From Actinomycetes bacterium (GTDB lineage: Bacteria > Actinomycetota > Acidimicrobiia > Acidimicrobiales > Ilumatobacteraceae): a DNA stretch of 59,545 nt. The number at the start of each line of letters is the position of its first letter. The first letter of the stretch is position 1. Positions 1 to 8,272 of this stretch are shown one piece after another. The position numbers and the translations under genes were made by a program. The notes beneath the pieces are model-generated. The model worked only from the letters and a program-made list of their open reading frames with translations, had not been told where the DNA came from and searched no databases. The stretch spans positions 1 to 59,545 of the forward strand of contig BJGB01000001.1 of NCBI GenBank assembly GCA_014190215.1, written 5' to 3'.

Positions 1-2
1 CC

Positions 3-311
3 GCCTGCGGTGCTGATGGACCGACGGTAGTCAATACCTTGCCGGTGATGATTGCTGTGACGACGACAACAGTCCCGCCGACGAGCACTCTCGCCCCTGA
101 TACTGAATATCAGATGTATCTCGTTCAGTCGGGGGATTCGGTTTCTTATATTGCCAGCCAATTCAATGTCAGTGTGGACGACATTGTGGCGCTCAATGGT
201 TTAACTGATGCTGATGACATTCAGGCTGGCCAAAAACTGAAGATTCCTGCTGGGGCTGTTAGCCCAGGGTCGAGCGTGGCGAGTGGTCCAACCACTACAT
301 CAGCACCCTGA
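3..311 (+). CDS. LysM domain-containing protein, C-terminal part (5' end lies outside the window)
   Basis: The frame is open from the window edge. YLVQSGDSVSYIASQFNVSVDDIVALNGL...IQAGQKLKIP is a canonical LysM motif, flanked by Thr/Ser/Pro-rich linkers. Confidence 0.6.
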   Translation, partial: ACGADGPTVVNTLPVMIAVTTTTVPPTSTLAPDTEYQMYLVQSGDSVSYIASQFNVSVDDIVALNGLTDADDIQAGQKLKIPAGAVSPGSSVASGPTTTSAP

Positions 312-371
312 CCCCGCCAGTTGTGAGTGAGTGCCCTGCGGCGCCCGTGAGCGATTCGTAGACTGAGTTCT

Positions 372-1088
372 ATGACAACCCAAGGTGGATCAACATTCTG
401 GCCCAATCAAGAACATTGGTCGGTCAAGATTCCGCTGGTGACTGCGCACTATCGTCTGCCTGCTCTTGAGGAAAATGGTTTTGCGATTTTGACACCGATG
501 CCTGTCGTCGTGCCGAGCGTTGAATGGGAATGCCTGGAATACATGGATTGGAAGAGCGGTGGCGACACCAACTTCGCTCCCTTAGCTTCGGCCGATGGTG
601 AACTTGACTGTCGCGGGTTTTGGGATAAGGGGAAAACGGATAAGGATGCGTTGTGGACATCCAATGCTGATAAGGCGCCGACATTGAGAAAATATGTTGA
701 TGATGTCGGAGCGAACTTTGGTCGGGTTCGGATTATCAAACTTGAACCTCAGGATCGCGAAACTGCAATTCGTTCATTGCATCGCGATGACAACAATCGT
801 TTTAATCCCGAGTCAGAGGGCTGGGTTGTGCGCACGTGGTCAGAACTCACTCATCAGCCCAATAGTTATATGTTGCTGATGGATAATGGTCCCGACGGTT
901 TACCCGACCCCGCAACAGAACAAAGAATTCCGCTCACTCTCGGATCGCGATACATAGTTGACACGCAACGGTTGTGGCATGTCGTTGTGCATCTGGGGGA
1001 CGCACCTCGTTATGCGCTGATTACAAGTTTTGAAAGTGGTCCGACTCTCGAAAGTTGGGTTGCAGGCGAATCAGCAACTGAAGTCTAA
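372..1088 (+). CDS. hypothetical protein, possibly a cupin/2OG-oxygenase-like fold
   Basis: 238-aa ORF with coding-like composition. LHRDD (HxD) and a later WHVVVH motif hint at a metal-binding facial triad. No firm family assignment. Confidence 0.45.
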   Translation: MTTQGGSTFWPNQEHWSVKIPLVTAHYRLPALEENGFAILTPMPVVVPSVEWECLEYMDWKSGGDTNFAPLASADGELDCRGFWDKGKTDKDALWTSNADKAPTLRKYVDDVGANFGRVRIIKLEPQDRETAIRSLHRDDNNRFNPESEGWVVRTWSELTHQPNSYMLLMDNGPDGLPDPATEQRIPLTLGSRYIVDTQRLWHVVVHLGDAPRYALITSFESGPTLESWVAGESATEV

Positions 1089-1091
1089 AAA

Positions 1092-3056
1092 TTATTTGCG
1101 GTTGCGCGCTGCAATCTCTGCGATATCGCGCATGATCTGACTGAGTTTGAAGTCCTTAGGTGTGTACACCGCGGTGACACCGGAGGCCAAAAGAATTGGA
1201 CGATCTTCCTCAGGGATAATGCCCCCGACAACAACTGGAATCTCTACACCTTCTTTTTTCAATTCAGCCATCACCGCTGGCACTAATGCCATATGTGATC
1301 CCGACAAGATTGAGAGTCCAATGACATCTGGATCTTCGTCGCGAGCACTGGCGGCGATCTGCTCGGGTGTCAAACGGATGCCTGAATACACCACTTCCAT
1401 CCCTGCATCGCGTGCTGCAACTGCAATTTGCTCGGCGCCGTTGGAGTGACCGTCGAGACCCGGTTTGGCGACCAGCAACTTTGGTGGACCACCCGAGATT
1501 GTGCGCACGTATGCCGCAACTTGGGCTAATTCGCCAGGTCGTTTCCCGACCGCAGCCGAGACCCCAGTGGGAGCACGAAATTCGCCGAAGACTTTGCGTA
1601 ACACATTGGACCATTCGCCAGTTGTTCCACCAGCACGAGCAAGAGCGATTGAAGGCTCCATGATGTTGGTATTTGATTCGGCTGCCTCACGCAAATCATT
1701 CAATGCAGCCTGGACCGCTTTGTCATCGCGATGTGCCCGCCAATCTGTGACATCAGCAATCATCTCGCGCTCAACATCGGGATCGACCTTGACGATTTTT
1801 CCTTCACCACCGAGAGGGGATTCTTCAAACTCGGTATAACTGTTGACACCGACGACTACTTGATCGCCGCTTTCAATTCGTCGTGTGCGCTCGGCCATTG
1901 ATTTCACGAGACGACCCTTGAGGGTGTCAACTGACTCAAAGGCCCCACCCAAAGCAAGAATCTCTTCGTACTCACTCCAAGCCGCGTCACGAAGTTCGGC
2001 GGTTTTGCTTTCAATAACTTTTGAGCCATCAAAAATGTCCGCGTATTCAAGTAAATCAGTTTCAAAAGCAAGGACCTGTTGCATCCGCAGACTCCATTGT
2101 TGATCCCACGGACGCGGTAACCCAAGCGCTTCATTCCACGCTGGCAACTGGATTGATCGAGCACGAGCATTTTTGGACAGTGACACGGCCAGCATCTCGA
2201 GCACAATACGTTGCACATTGTTTTCCGGTTGGGCTTCGGTGAGACCGAGAGAGTTTACTTGCACGCCGTAGCGAAACCGGCGAGCTTTTTCATCAGTCAC
2301 GCCGTAACGCTCAAGACCGATGCGGTCCCATAATTCAGTGAAGGCACGCATTTTGCATATCTCTTCAATGAAACGAATGCCCGCGTTGACAAAGAAAGAC
2401 ATGCTGCCAAACACTTGACTGAATTGTTCGGGTGGAACCTGACCAGAATCCTTGACGGCATCAAGAATACCGACGGCATTGGCGAGTGAAAAAGCGATTT
2501 CTTGTACTGGCGTCGCGCCTGCTTCTTGCAAGTGATACGAGCAGACATTCATCGGGTTCCACTTGGGCGCATTGTTGGCACACCAAGCAACCATGTCAAC
2601 GATCAAGCGGCGCGAAGGGATGGGCGGAAAAATATAGGTTCCGCGCGAAAGGTATTCCTTGATGATGTCATTTTGCGTTGTGCCGCGTAACGCATCAGCG
2701 GGCACACCCTGTTCTTGCGCATTGGCAACATACAAGGCCAACATCCATGCTGCTGGAGCATTGATAGTCATTGATGTATTCATTTGCCCAGGGGGAATGC
2801 CGTCAAGCAAGGTGCGCATATGCCCGAGGTGAGCGACTGGAACGCCAACCTTGCCCACTTCACCGGCGGCCATCGCCGAGTCGGGGTCGTAACCAGTTTG
2901 TGTAGGAAGGTCAAAGGCGATTGACAGACCCGTTTGACCCTTAGCTAAGTTGGTGCGGTAGAGGTCATTAGAAGCGCGCGCGGTTGAGTGCCCTGAATAT
3001 GTGCGCATCAACCATGGGTCATCGCGTCGAACTGCTTTGTCGCCTGAGTCAGCCAT
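1092..3056 (-). CDS. meaA: B12-dependent acyl-CoA mutase, fused catalytic and cobalamin-binding domains (ethylmalonyl-CoA mutase/MeaA-like)
   Basis: PWLMRTYSGHSTARASNDLYRTNLAKGQTGLSIAFDLPTQTGYDPD matches my recollection of the MeaA/Ecm-type N-terminus (GHS rather than the GFG/GFS I remember in MCM/Icm). The C-terminal GLDGHSNGAEQ...GLSILSGSH is the B12-binding DxHxxG-type domain. Confidence 0.8.
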   Translation of the reverse strand: MADSGDKAVRRDDPWLMRTYSGHSTARASNDLYRTNLAKGQTGLSIAFDLPTQTGYDPDSAMAAGEVGKVGVPVAHLGHMRTLLDGIPPGQMNTSMTINAPAAWMLALYVANAQEQGVPADALRGTTQNDIIKEYLSRGTYIFPPIPSRRLIVDMVAWCANNAPKWNPMNVCSYHLQEAGATPVQEIAFSLANAVGILDAVKDSGQVPPEQFSQVFGSMSFFVNAGIRFIEEICKMRAFTELWDRIGLERYGVTDEKARRFRYGVQVNSLGLTEAQPENNVQRIVLEMLAVSLSKNARARSIQLPAWNEALGLPRPWDQQWSLRMQQVLAFETDLLEYADIFDGSKVIESKTAELRDAAWSEYEEILALGGAFESVDTLKGRLVKSMAERTRRIESGDQVVVGVNSYTEFEESPLGGEGKIVKVDPDVEREMIADVTDWRAHRDDKAVQAALNDLREAAESNTNIMEPSIALARAGGTTGEWSNVLRKVFGEFRAPTGVSAAVGKRPGELAQVAAYVRTISGGPPKLLVAKPGLDGHSNGAEQIAVAARDAGMEVVYSGIRLTPEQIAASARDEDPDVIGLSILSGSHMALVPAVMAELKKEGVEIPVVVGGIIPEEDRPILLASGVTAVYTPKDFKLSQIMRDIAEIAARNRK

Positions 3057-3777
3057 GTGTCTCAGTCTGTCGCAAGATTGGGCTTTTCTGCGCCTCTTTC
3101 AGCAATCTCAAGTAGCTATCTCGGGTGATATCCACAGCGCCCAGCGATTTCAAGTGTTCGGTCGTCCATTGCACATCAAACAAAACCACGCCGGCGGCGT
3201 CAAGTAGTGCCGCTAGGGCGACAAGGGCGGTCTTGGAGGCATCAGTGTGGGTATGGAACATACTTTCTCCGGCGAAAAGTCGTCCGATCCGCACACCGTA
3301 AATACCGCCGACAAGTTGTTCATCCAAAAATACTTCAACGCTGTTGGCCCATCCTGAGCGGTGTAGCAATGTGTAGGCGTCAATGAATTCATTGTTAATC
3401 CAGCCGTGTGGCCGGGTAGAACTTCCGCAGGCTTGCATCACGTCGGTAAAACAAGTATCAACGCGCACTGAAAATTGGGTCAGATTTTTTTGTAATGACC
3501 GCGAAATGTGTACAGCATCAAGGGGGATGATTCCACGAGTGACGGGGCTCCACCAACCCAATTTCTTTCGATCCATGGGCATCGGAAACAAGCCATGTCG
3601 ATATGCCTGAATCAAAGTACCCGGCTCAAGATCGGCACCGATGGCGATGAGATCATCATCTTGCATTGGTACCGAATCAAAGTTCCATTCAGTTTCGGGA
3701 TCTTCGCTTTGTGGGCGGTTGAAGGCGTTGATGTTCTCGGGGGTCAATACCCAAGGCATCACATCTCCGGCTCGCAC
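3049..3777 (-). CDS. aat: leucyl/phenylalanyl-tRNA--protein transferase
   Basis: Collinear with E. coli Aat: AYRHGLFPMP, WWSP, HISRSLQK, VGGIYGVRIGRLFAGESMFH, DASKTALVAL. The stop overlaps the mutase start by 8 nt. Confidence 0.9.
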   Translation of the reverse strand: MRAGDVMPWVLTPENINAFNRPQSEDPETEWNFDSVPMQDDDLIAIGADLEPGTLIQAYRHGLFPMPMDRKKLGWWSPVTRGIIPLDAVHISRSLQKNLTQFSVRVDTCFTDVMQACGSSTRPHGWINNEFIDAYTLLHRSGWANSVEVFLDEQLVGGIYGVRIGRLFAGESMFHTHTDASKTALVALAALLDAAGVVLFDVQWTTEHLKSLGAVDITRDSYLRLLKEAQKSPILRQTETHG

Positions 3778-3778
3778 C

Positions 3779-4627
3779 TCAGTAACTGTAGAAGCCAGCT
3801 TTGGTCTTGCGACCTAATTTGCCAGCGGCAACCATACGGCGCAGCGTGGGCATAGCGGCATAGTTCGGGTCACGGAACTCGTTGTACAGCGCATCCAAGA
3901 TGGCGAGCGAAGTATCAAGACCAACCAGATCGAGTAGTGCGAATGGTCCCATCGGGAAATTACAGCCACCCTTCATAGCGGTGTCAATGTCGGCCATATT
4001 TGCGGTGCCCTGTTCGAGCATGCGGATGGCGTTGTTGAGATAGGGGAATAACAGGGCATTGACGATGAAGCCAGCGCGGTCTAATACTTGCACCGGTTGT
4101 TTGGTACAAGTCTCGGCAAAGGCAGTGGCAATTTCAATGGTTGAGTCACTCGCTGACAACGGGCGCACGATTTCAACAAGGGGCATTGCAGTTGCCGGAT
4201 TGAAGAAGTGGATACCGCACACCAACTCAGGGCGAGAGGTACACATCGCCAATTCAATGACAGGCAAGGTAGAGGTATTGGTAGCGAGGATTGCTGTCGG
4301 CTTGACAATCACATCAAGTTCGGCGAATAAGGATTTCTTGGTCGCAAGATCTTCAACGACGCTCTCAATGACGAGGTCACAGTCAGCCAAAGCACTGAGT
4401 TCACTCACTGCAGTAATACGACCAAGAATCGCAGCCTTTTCTTCTTCGGTCAGTCGACCTTTTTCCACTTGCTTGGATAGGCCTTTGCCCACAGAGGCAA
4501 CCATCGCCTCTGCCGTTGCCTGACTACGTGAACGAACGATCACATTCATGCCACCGCGAGCGATGACCTCAGCGAGTCCCGATCCCATGATGCCCGAGCC
4601 GACGACTCCAACAGTCTTGATTGTCAT
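3779..4627 (-). CDS. hbd: 3-hydroxybutyryl-CoA (3-hydroxyacyl-CoA) dehydrogenase
   Basis: VGVVGSGIMGSGLAE Rossmann motif and HFFNPA motif. Start chosen at the ATG at 4627, preceded by AAGGAGA. The track ORF extends upstream to 4684. Confidence 0.9.
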   Translation of the reverse strand: MTIKTVGVVGSGIMGSGLAEVIARGGMNVIVRSRSQATAEAMVASVGKGLSKQVEKGRLTEEEKAAILGRITAVSELSALADCDLVIESVVEDLATKKSLFAELDVIVKPTAILATNTSTLPVIELAMCTSRPELVCGIHFFNPATAMPLVEIVRPLSASDSTIEIATAFAETCTKQPVQVLDRAGFIVNALLFPYLNNAIRMLEQGTANMADIDTAMKGGCNFPMGPFALLDLVGLDTSLAILDALYNEFRDPNYAAMPTLRRMVAAGKLGRKTKAGFYSY

Positions 4628-4671
4628 TTGCATTCTCCTTGAAAGGGGCCGTGCCCGATGTCCTGTGATGA

Positions 4672-4697
4672 GACTAGTTACCAATTAGTAACTAGTC
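4672..4697. promoter_or_regulatory. perfect 10-6-10 inverted repeat (candidate operator) in the hbd / phosphatase divergent intergenic region
   Basis: GACTAGTTAC-CAATTA-GTAACTAGTC. The arms are exact reverse complements. It lies 45 nt upstream of the hbd start. Confidence 0.45.
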
Positions 4698-4715
4698 CAA
4701 AGTCTGCTGTTTACC

Positions 4716-5528
4716 TTGGGGAAGTACTCTTTAGAGGTGCCGATTACTTCGAGTGACCTCGCTGACCTCGTGGAGCATCCCGACCGCCTGATCAATCTTT
4801 CAGCGGTCCATAATTTTCGAGATCTTGGTGGCTACCCAACTGCCGATGGCCGCCAGACCGTTTGGCGTAAAGTTTTCCGTGCCGATGGTTTGTATCGGTT
4901 GACCATTGAAGATGTTGCTGCGCTGCGCCCACTATCGCTGCAGACAGTGATTGATCTACGTACCCCCGATGAATTGAGTGAGAGCGGCACTTTCCCCCTT
5001 GATCAACACCCAGTGGATTTTCATCACCTGTCAATCATTGACCACACTTGGGATCTAGATGAGGCGCACCAATTTTCTGGCGACCAGTCAGCTTTTTTGC
5101 AATCGAAGTACCACTTAATGTTGCAACAAGGTGGTCAGCGTGTCGGCCAAGCGTTACGGATTTTGAGCGCACAAGAGAACTCACCCGTCGTTTTCCATTG
5201 TGCCGCCGGCAAAGACCGCACTGGCTTAGTCGCCGCCCTCTTGCTATCGGGGCTGGGCGTCGATGATGAAATCGTGAAGGCCGACTACGGGTTGAGTGAG
5301 ATTGCTGGCCAACGTATGCGTGAGTGGGCGACTCGTGTGGAACCTGGATTCGCGGAACGTTTTGCAGCGATGCCGGCGGTTTTTTTAGCGGCTCATCCCA
5401 ACTCGATTGGCGGACTCTTGTCCGATTTGCGCGAAACCCATGGAACTACACGTGATTACTGTTTGACCATTGGCGTGGAAAATTCGCATTGGCAATCCTT
5501 GGAAGACCTTTTACTAGAAACGCCCTAG
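4716..5528 (+). CDS. protein-tyrosine phosphatase family protein
   Basis: HCAAGKDRTG is the CX5R(S/T) P-loop of Cys-based phosphatases. The N-terminal NFRDLGG motif is typical of the bacterial tyrosine/serine phosphatase family. Confidence 0.8.
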   Translation: MGKYSLEVPITSSDLADLVEHPDRLINLSAVHNFRDLGGYPTADGRQTVWRKVFRADGLYRLTIEDVAALRPLSLQTVIDLRTPDELSESGTFPLDQHPVDFHHLSIIDHTWDLDEAHQFSGDQSAFLQSKYHLMLQQGGQRVGQALRILSAQENSPVVFHCAAGKDRTGLVAALLLSGLGVDDEIVKADYGLSEIAGQRMREWATRVEPGFAERFAAMPAVFLAAHPNSIGGLLSDLRETHGTTRDYCLTIGVENSHWQSLEDLLLETP

Positions 5529-5567
5529 AGCAGTCTGGGGGAGTGCTATGGGGCGTACGCTCAAAGC

Positions 5568-6194
5568 ATGACTGGAATTATCGCTCTGCAGGGTGGAGGC
5601 GCTTTTAGCCTTCATGATCAACTTGATGCACGTCTTCTTAAAGAAGTGAACGCCAAGCGTGTGGTGGTGTTGCCGACGGCAGATGCTTTTGAGAAGCCCG
5701 AGATTCTGGTAGCAGCGGCTAAGTCATGGGCGCAACGACTCGGTATTGAAGCCGAGGCATTGATGGTGATGCGTCGGACCGATGCGATGGAACAGAGCGC
5801 GGCCGATGTCGTTCGCAAGGCACAGGCGGTTTGGTTCGTTGGCGATAATCCGATTCATCTACGAAGTGTCATGAAGGGCACGCCTGTCTGGTCGGCGGTT
5901 GAATCTGTTTTCCAAGCGGGAGGACTGGTCGTCGGTGCTGGTGCCCCGGCTTCAGCATTATGTGATCCGATGATTGACCCACGTGGAGGTGCACTTGCCC
6001 TTGGTCTTGGATTGCTGAGTGGAATCGCTGTTGTCGCCCAAGCAGAGTTGGTCAGCCCTGACCGCCATACACGTACGAAGAAGTTGGCGAACGTACCGTT
6101 GGTGTTTCTGCCTTCATCGTCGGCATTGATTCGACGTGGACATGAATGGGAAGAAGTTGGGTCTCATGAAAAAGTCGGTCAACTACCGACCTGA
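5568..6194 (+). CDS. peptidase S51/cyanophycinase-like (type 1 glutamine amidotransferase-like) protein
   Basis: IALQGGGAF, VVVLPTA and VWFVGDNP resemble the S51 fold. The expected GxSAGA nucleophile box reads GAGAPAS. Confidence 0.4.
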   Translation: MTGIIALQGGGAFSLHDQLDARLLKEVNAKRVVVLPTADAFEKPEILVAAAKSWAQRLGIEAEALMVMRRTDAMEQSAADVVRKAQAVWFVGDNPIHLRSVMKGTPVWSAVESVFQAGGLVVGAGAPASALCDPMIDPRGGALALGLGLLSGIAVVAQAELVSPDRHTRTKKLANVPLVFLPSSSALIRRGHEWEEVGSHEKVGQLPT

Positions 6195-6728
6195 TCAACC
6201 GCCGACTGGTTCGGAAGTGAAGTTAGGGTCAAAAACCCATGCGCCTGGGACGAACCGCTCACCGAGTGAACTCAAGTCAGCAAGGAACATCACCGGTTCA
6301 GAGTCCGTCGGAATCTTGACCGAGAAGGTTCCCGTATAGACCTCTTTGGATTGAAGTGTGCGGGCACCGAATTGTTCAATACCAGGAGTGGTGTCTGAAA
6401 TGTATGACTTGCCATCAAGGGTGTAGACCCGAAACATCTCTGGTGTGATTGAAAACAGTTCAAGCGATCCACTTGTTACTGTCACATCGAATGAAAAAGT
6501 TTCATCTTCGCCAACATTAGGAATGCCGATGGATATTTCAGCGTTACCGAGAGCAACCCGCTCGTTGGGTTTATAGGGAATCTGATTGATGTCCATAGGC
6601 AATACCGGGTTGGGTTGACCAACCTGCACCTCAGGTGGTGACGTAGTCACCATTGGGTCATCACCGCTACAGGCAGAGCCGAGTAGCGGCAGGCATACGA
6701 CAAGTGCCGCGAGAATGGCTCGTCTCAT
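6195..6728 (-). CDS. lipoprotein of unknown function
   Basis: Signal peptide with lipobox LLGSAC. The body is beta-rich. The start overlaps the pstS stop (ATGA at 6725-6728). Confidence 0.6.
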   Translation of the reverse strand: MRRAILAALVVCLPLLGSACSGDDPMVTTSPPEVQVGQPNPVLPMDINQIPYKPNERVALGNAEISIGIPNVGEDETFSFDVTVTSGSLELFSITPEMFRVYTLDGKSYISDTTPGIEQFGARTLQSKEVYTGTFSVKIPTDSEPVMFLADLSSLGERFVPGAWVFDPNFTSEPVGG

Positions 6729-8272
6729 TTTTTCACCGAGGGGCGAAGGCGAGTGGCGACAAGAGGAGGAGCGAACATGATGAGGAGGATAATCATGGCG
6801 ATCAATAAATAAACGGTCGTTGAAGTTCCAGAGCCACTCTCTTCAATAATGACGCTTGTGGCCATAGCGATTCCTGGTGTTGGTATCCCCGAGGCATCGC
6901 CCTCGGTGCCTGTTCCGGTTCCGGTGTCTGTTCCGGTTCCGGTGTCTGTTCCGGTTCCGGTGTCTGTTCCGGGTGCGAATGTGGTATCTGTTCCGGTTCC
7001 GGTGTCTGTTCCGGTTCCGGTGTCTGTTCCGGTTCCGGTGTCTGTTCCGGGTGCGAGTGTGGTGCCTGTTCCCTTATCAACCAAAAAGTCCCCAGTGATT
7101 GTTGGATTTGAGCATTCCCTAATCGGTGGTGCTGCGATTGCACCTGGAATTTGTCTGATCGCGTCAAAACCAAATTCGACTAGGTTTTTTGGAAGTGGTG
7201 CGTAACCCAACTGTTCGGCTTTTTGCTGACCAGCACACAAAAAGTAGATGATGAACTTTGAGAGTGCTGCTCCCTTAGAGGCGTTAAAAGGTGCAGCTTC
7301 TGTGGTCGGCACGATCATGTACGAATAACTCGAAACTGGGTAAGCACGAGGATCGCTGTTGGTGTACACGCCACTAAGTACTTGGGTACCGTCGTCATTA
7401 ATGCGCGCGCCCTGTAGTGCAATGGTCACATTGACTGCCGCTGGTTGAGTGAACTTGCCAGCTTTATTTTTGACAGATGCCACCGGAAAGCCGCGCTCTT
7501 TGGCATATCCATATTCAACATAAGTAATCGCGCCTTCGTTGTAGGGAGCGGCGACATAGTTGGCAACGCCGTCGGAATACTGCTGGGCGGCAAACCCACT
7601 GGAGTCGTAATCTGGGTACAGCGATGTTGAGGGACAACCACTTCCAAGATTGGCGCGTTCGCAGAGGTAATTCCATTGGGTGGGCGCTTGACTTAACAAG
7701 TATGCAGTCATTTGCGCGGTACTTCCCGAACCGTCTGAGCGAATGACTGGCTTGATGCGAGTAGCGGGCATGACACGTTGTGGATTGTCGGCCACAATTG
7801 CTGGATCATTCCAAGTACTGATCTCTCCACTAAAGATCTTGCCCAAGGTGATCGGCGACAATTGCAAGTCAGTAATCTTTTGGCCGTTAGACTTGAGGTT
7901 ATACATGAAGGACGAACCACCAGCCACGATTGGCAGATACGCGTAAGGTCGTGAGGCTGCTGCTGCCGTTTCATCTGCCGCGATGTTGCCAGCGGCATCG
8001 CGCAGAGCTTTTTGAAATGGGATTTCAGAAACAGCAAAGTCAACTTGACCTTGATAGTAGGCGGCACGGCCGGCCGTTGAACCGACGCCTTGGTAGTTGA
8101 CTATTAATCCTTGGCGAGCGACATCGGCGCGCCACTGGTCGACCGCAATTTGACTCCAAGTTGAACCTGCACCATCAATCGGAGATTCCGCATGGACGAT
8201 TGACGGGGTGATGACGGTCAAGGTGGTCATCGCCGCTATCAACCCGAGAAGGATTTTTTTGGCGTAGTTCAT
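6725..8272 (-). CDS. pstS: phosphate ABC transporter substrate-binding protein PstS-family, with C-terminal (GTGTDT)n linker and transmembrane anchor
   Basis: Sec signal (VHA/ES). GAGSTWSQIAVDQW...VNYQGVGSTAGRAAYYQGQVDFAVSEIPF is the PBP-like-2/PstS signature. The C-terminus is repeat, hydrophobic helix, then RLRPSVKK. Confidence 0.85.
   Translation of the reverse strand: MNYAKKILLGLIAAMTTLTVITPSIVHAESPIDGAGSTWSQIAVDQWRADVARQGLIVNYQGVGSTAGRAAYYQGQVDFAVSEIPFQKALRDAAGNIAADETAAAASRPYAYLPIVAGGSSFMYNLKSNGQKITDLQLSPITLGKIFSGEISTWNDPAIVADNPQRVMPATRIKPVIRSDGSGSTAQMTAYLLSQAPTQWNYLCERANLGSGCPSTSLYPDYDSSGFAAQQYSDGVANYVAAPYNEGAITYVEYGYAKERGFPVASVKNKAGKFTQPAAVNVTIALQGARINDDGTQVLSGVYTNSDPRAYPVSSYSYMIVPTTEAAPFNASKGAALSKFIIYFLCAGQQKAEQLGYAPLPKNLVEFGFDAIRQIPGAIAAPPIRECSNPTITGDFLVDKGTGTTLAPGTDTGTGTDTGTGTDTGTGTDTTFAPGTDTGTGTDTGTGTDTGTGTGTEGDASGIPTPGIAMATSVIIEESGSGTSTTVYLLIAMIILLIMFAPPLVATRLRPSVKK
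6906..7072 (-). repeat. coding tandem repeat: 18-nt unit (GTGTDT) nested in two 78-nt super-repeats
   Basis: ggttccggtgtctgttcc is iterated. The landmark ccgggtgcga recurs at 6969 and 7047 (78-nt offset). It encodes APGTDTGTGTDTGTGTDTGTGTDTTF twice. Confidence 0.9.

Noticed and set aside
39-1088. ORFs 39..311 and 372..1088 are in the same frame, raising possible stop-codon read-through or a selenoprotein.
   Set aside because: The 60-nt gap contains four in-frame stops (TGA at 309, 327 and 348, TAG at 360), so this is not a single recoding event. They are separate genes.
6896-7072. Regularly spaced short repeats that superficially resemble a CRISPR array or a non-coding satellite.
   Set aside because: The period is 18 nt with no unique spacers. 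The region is in frame inside pstS and encodes a GTGTDT linker. It is a coding tandem repeat.
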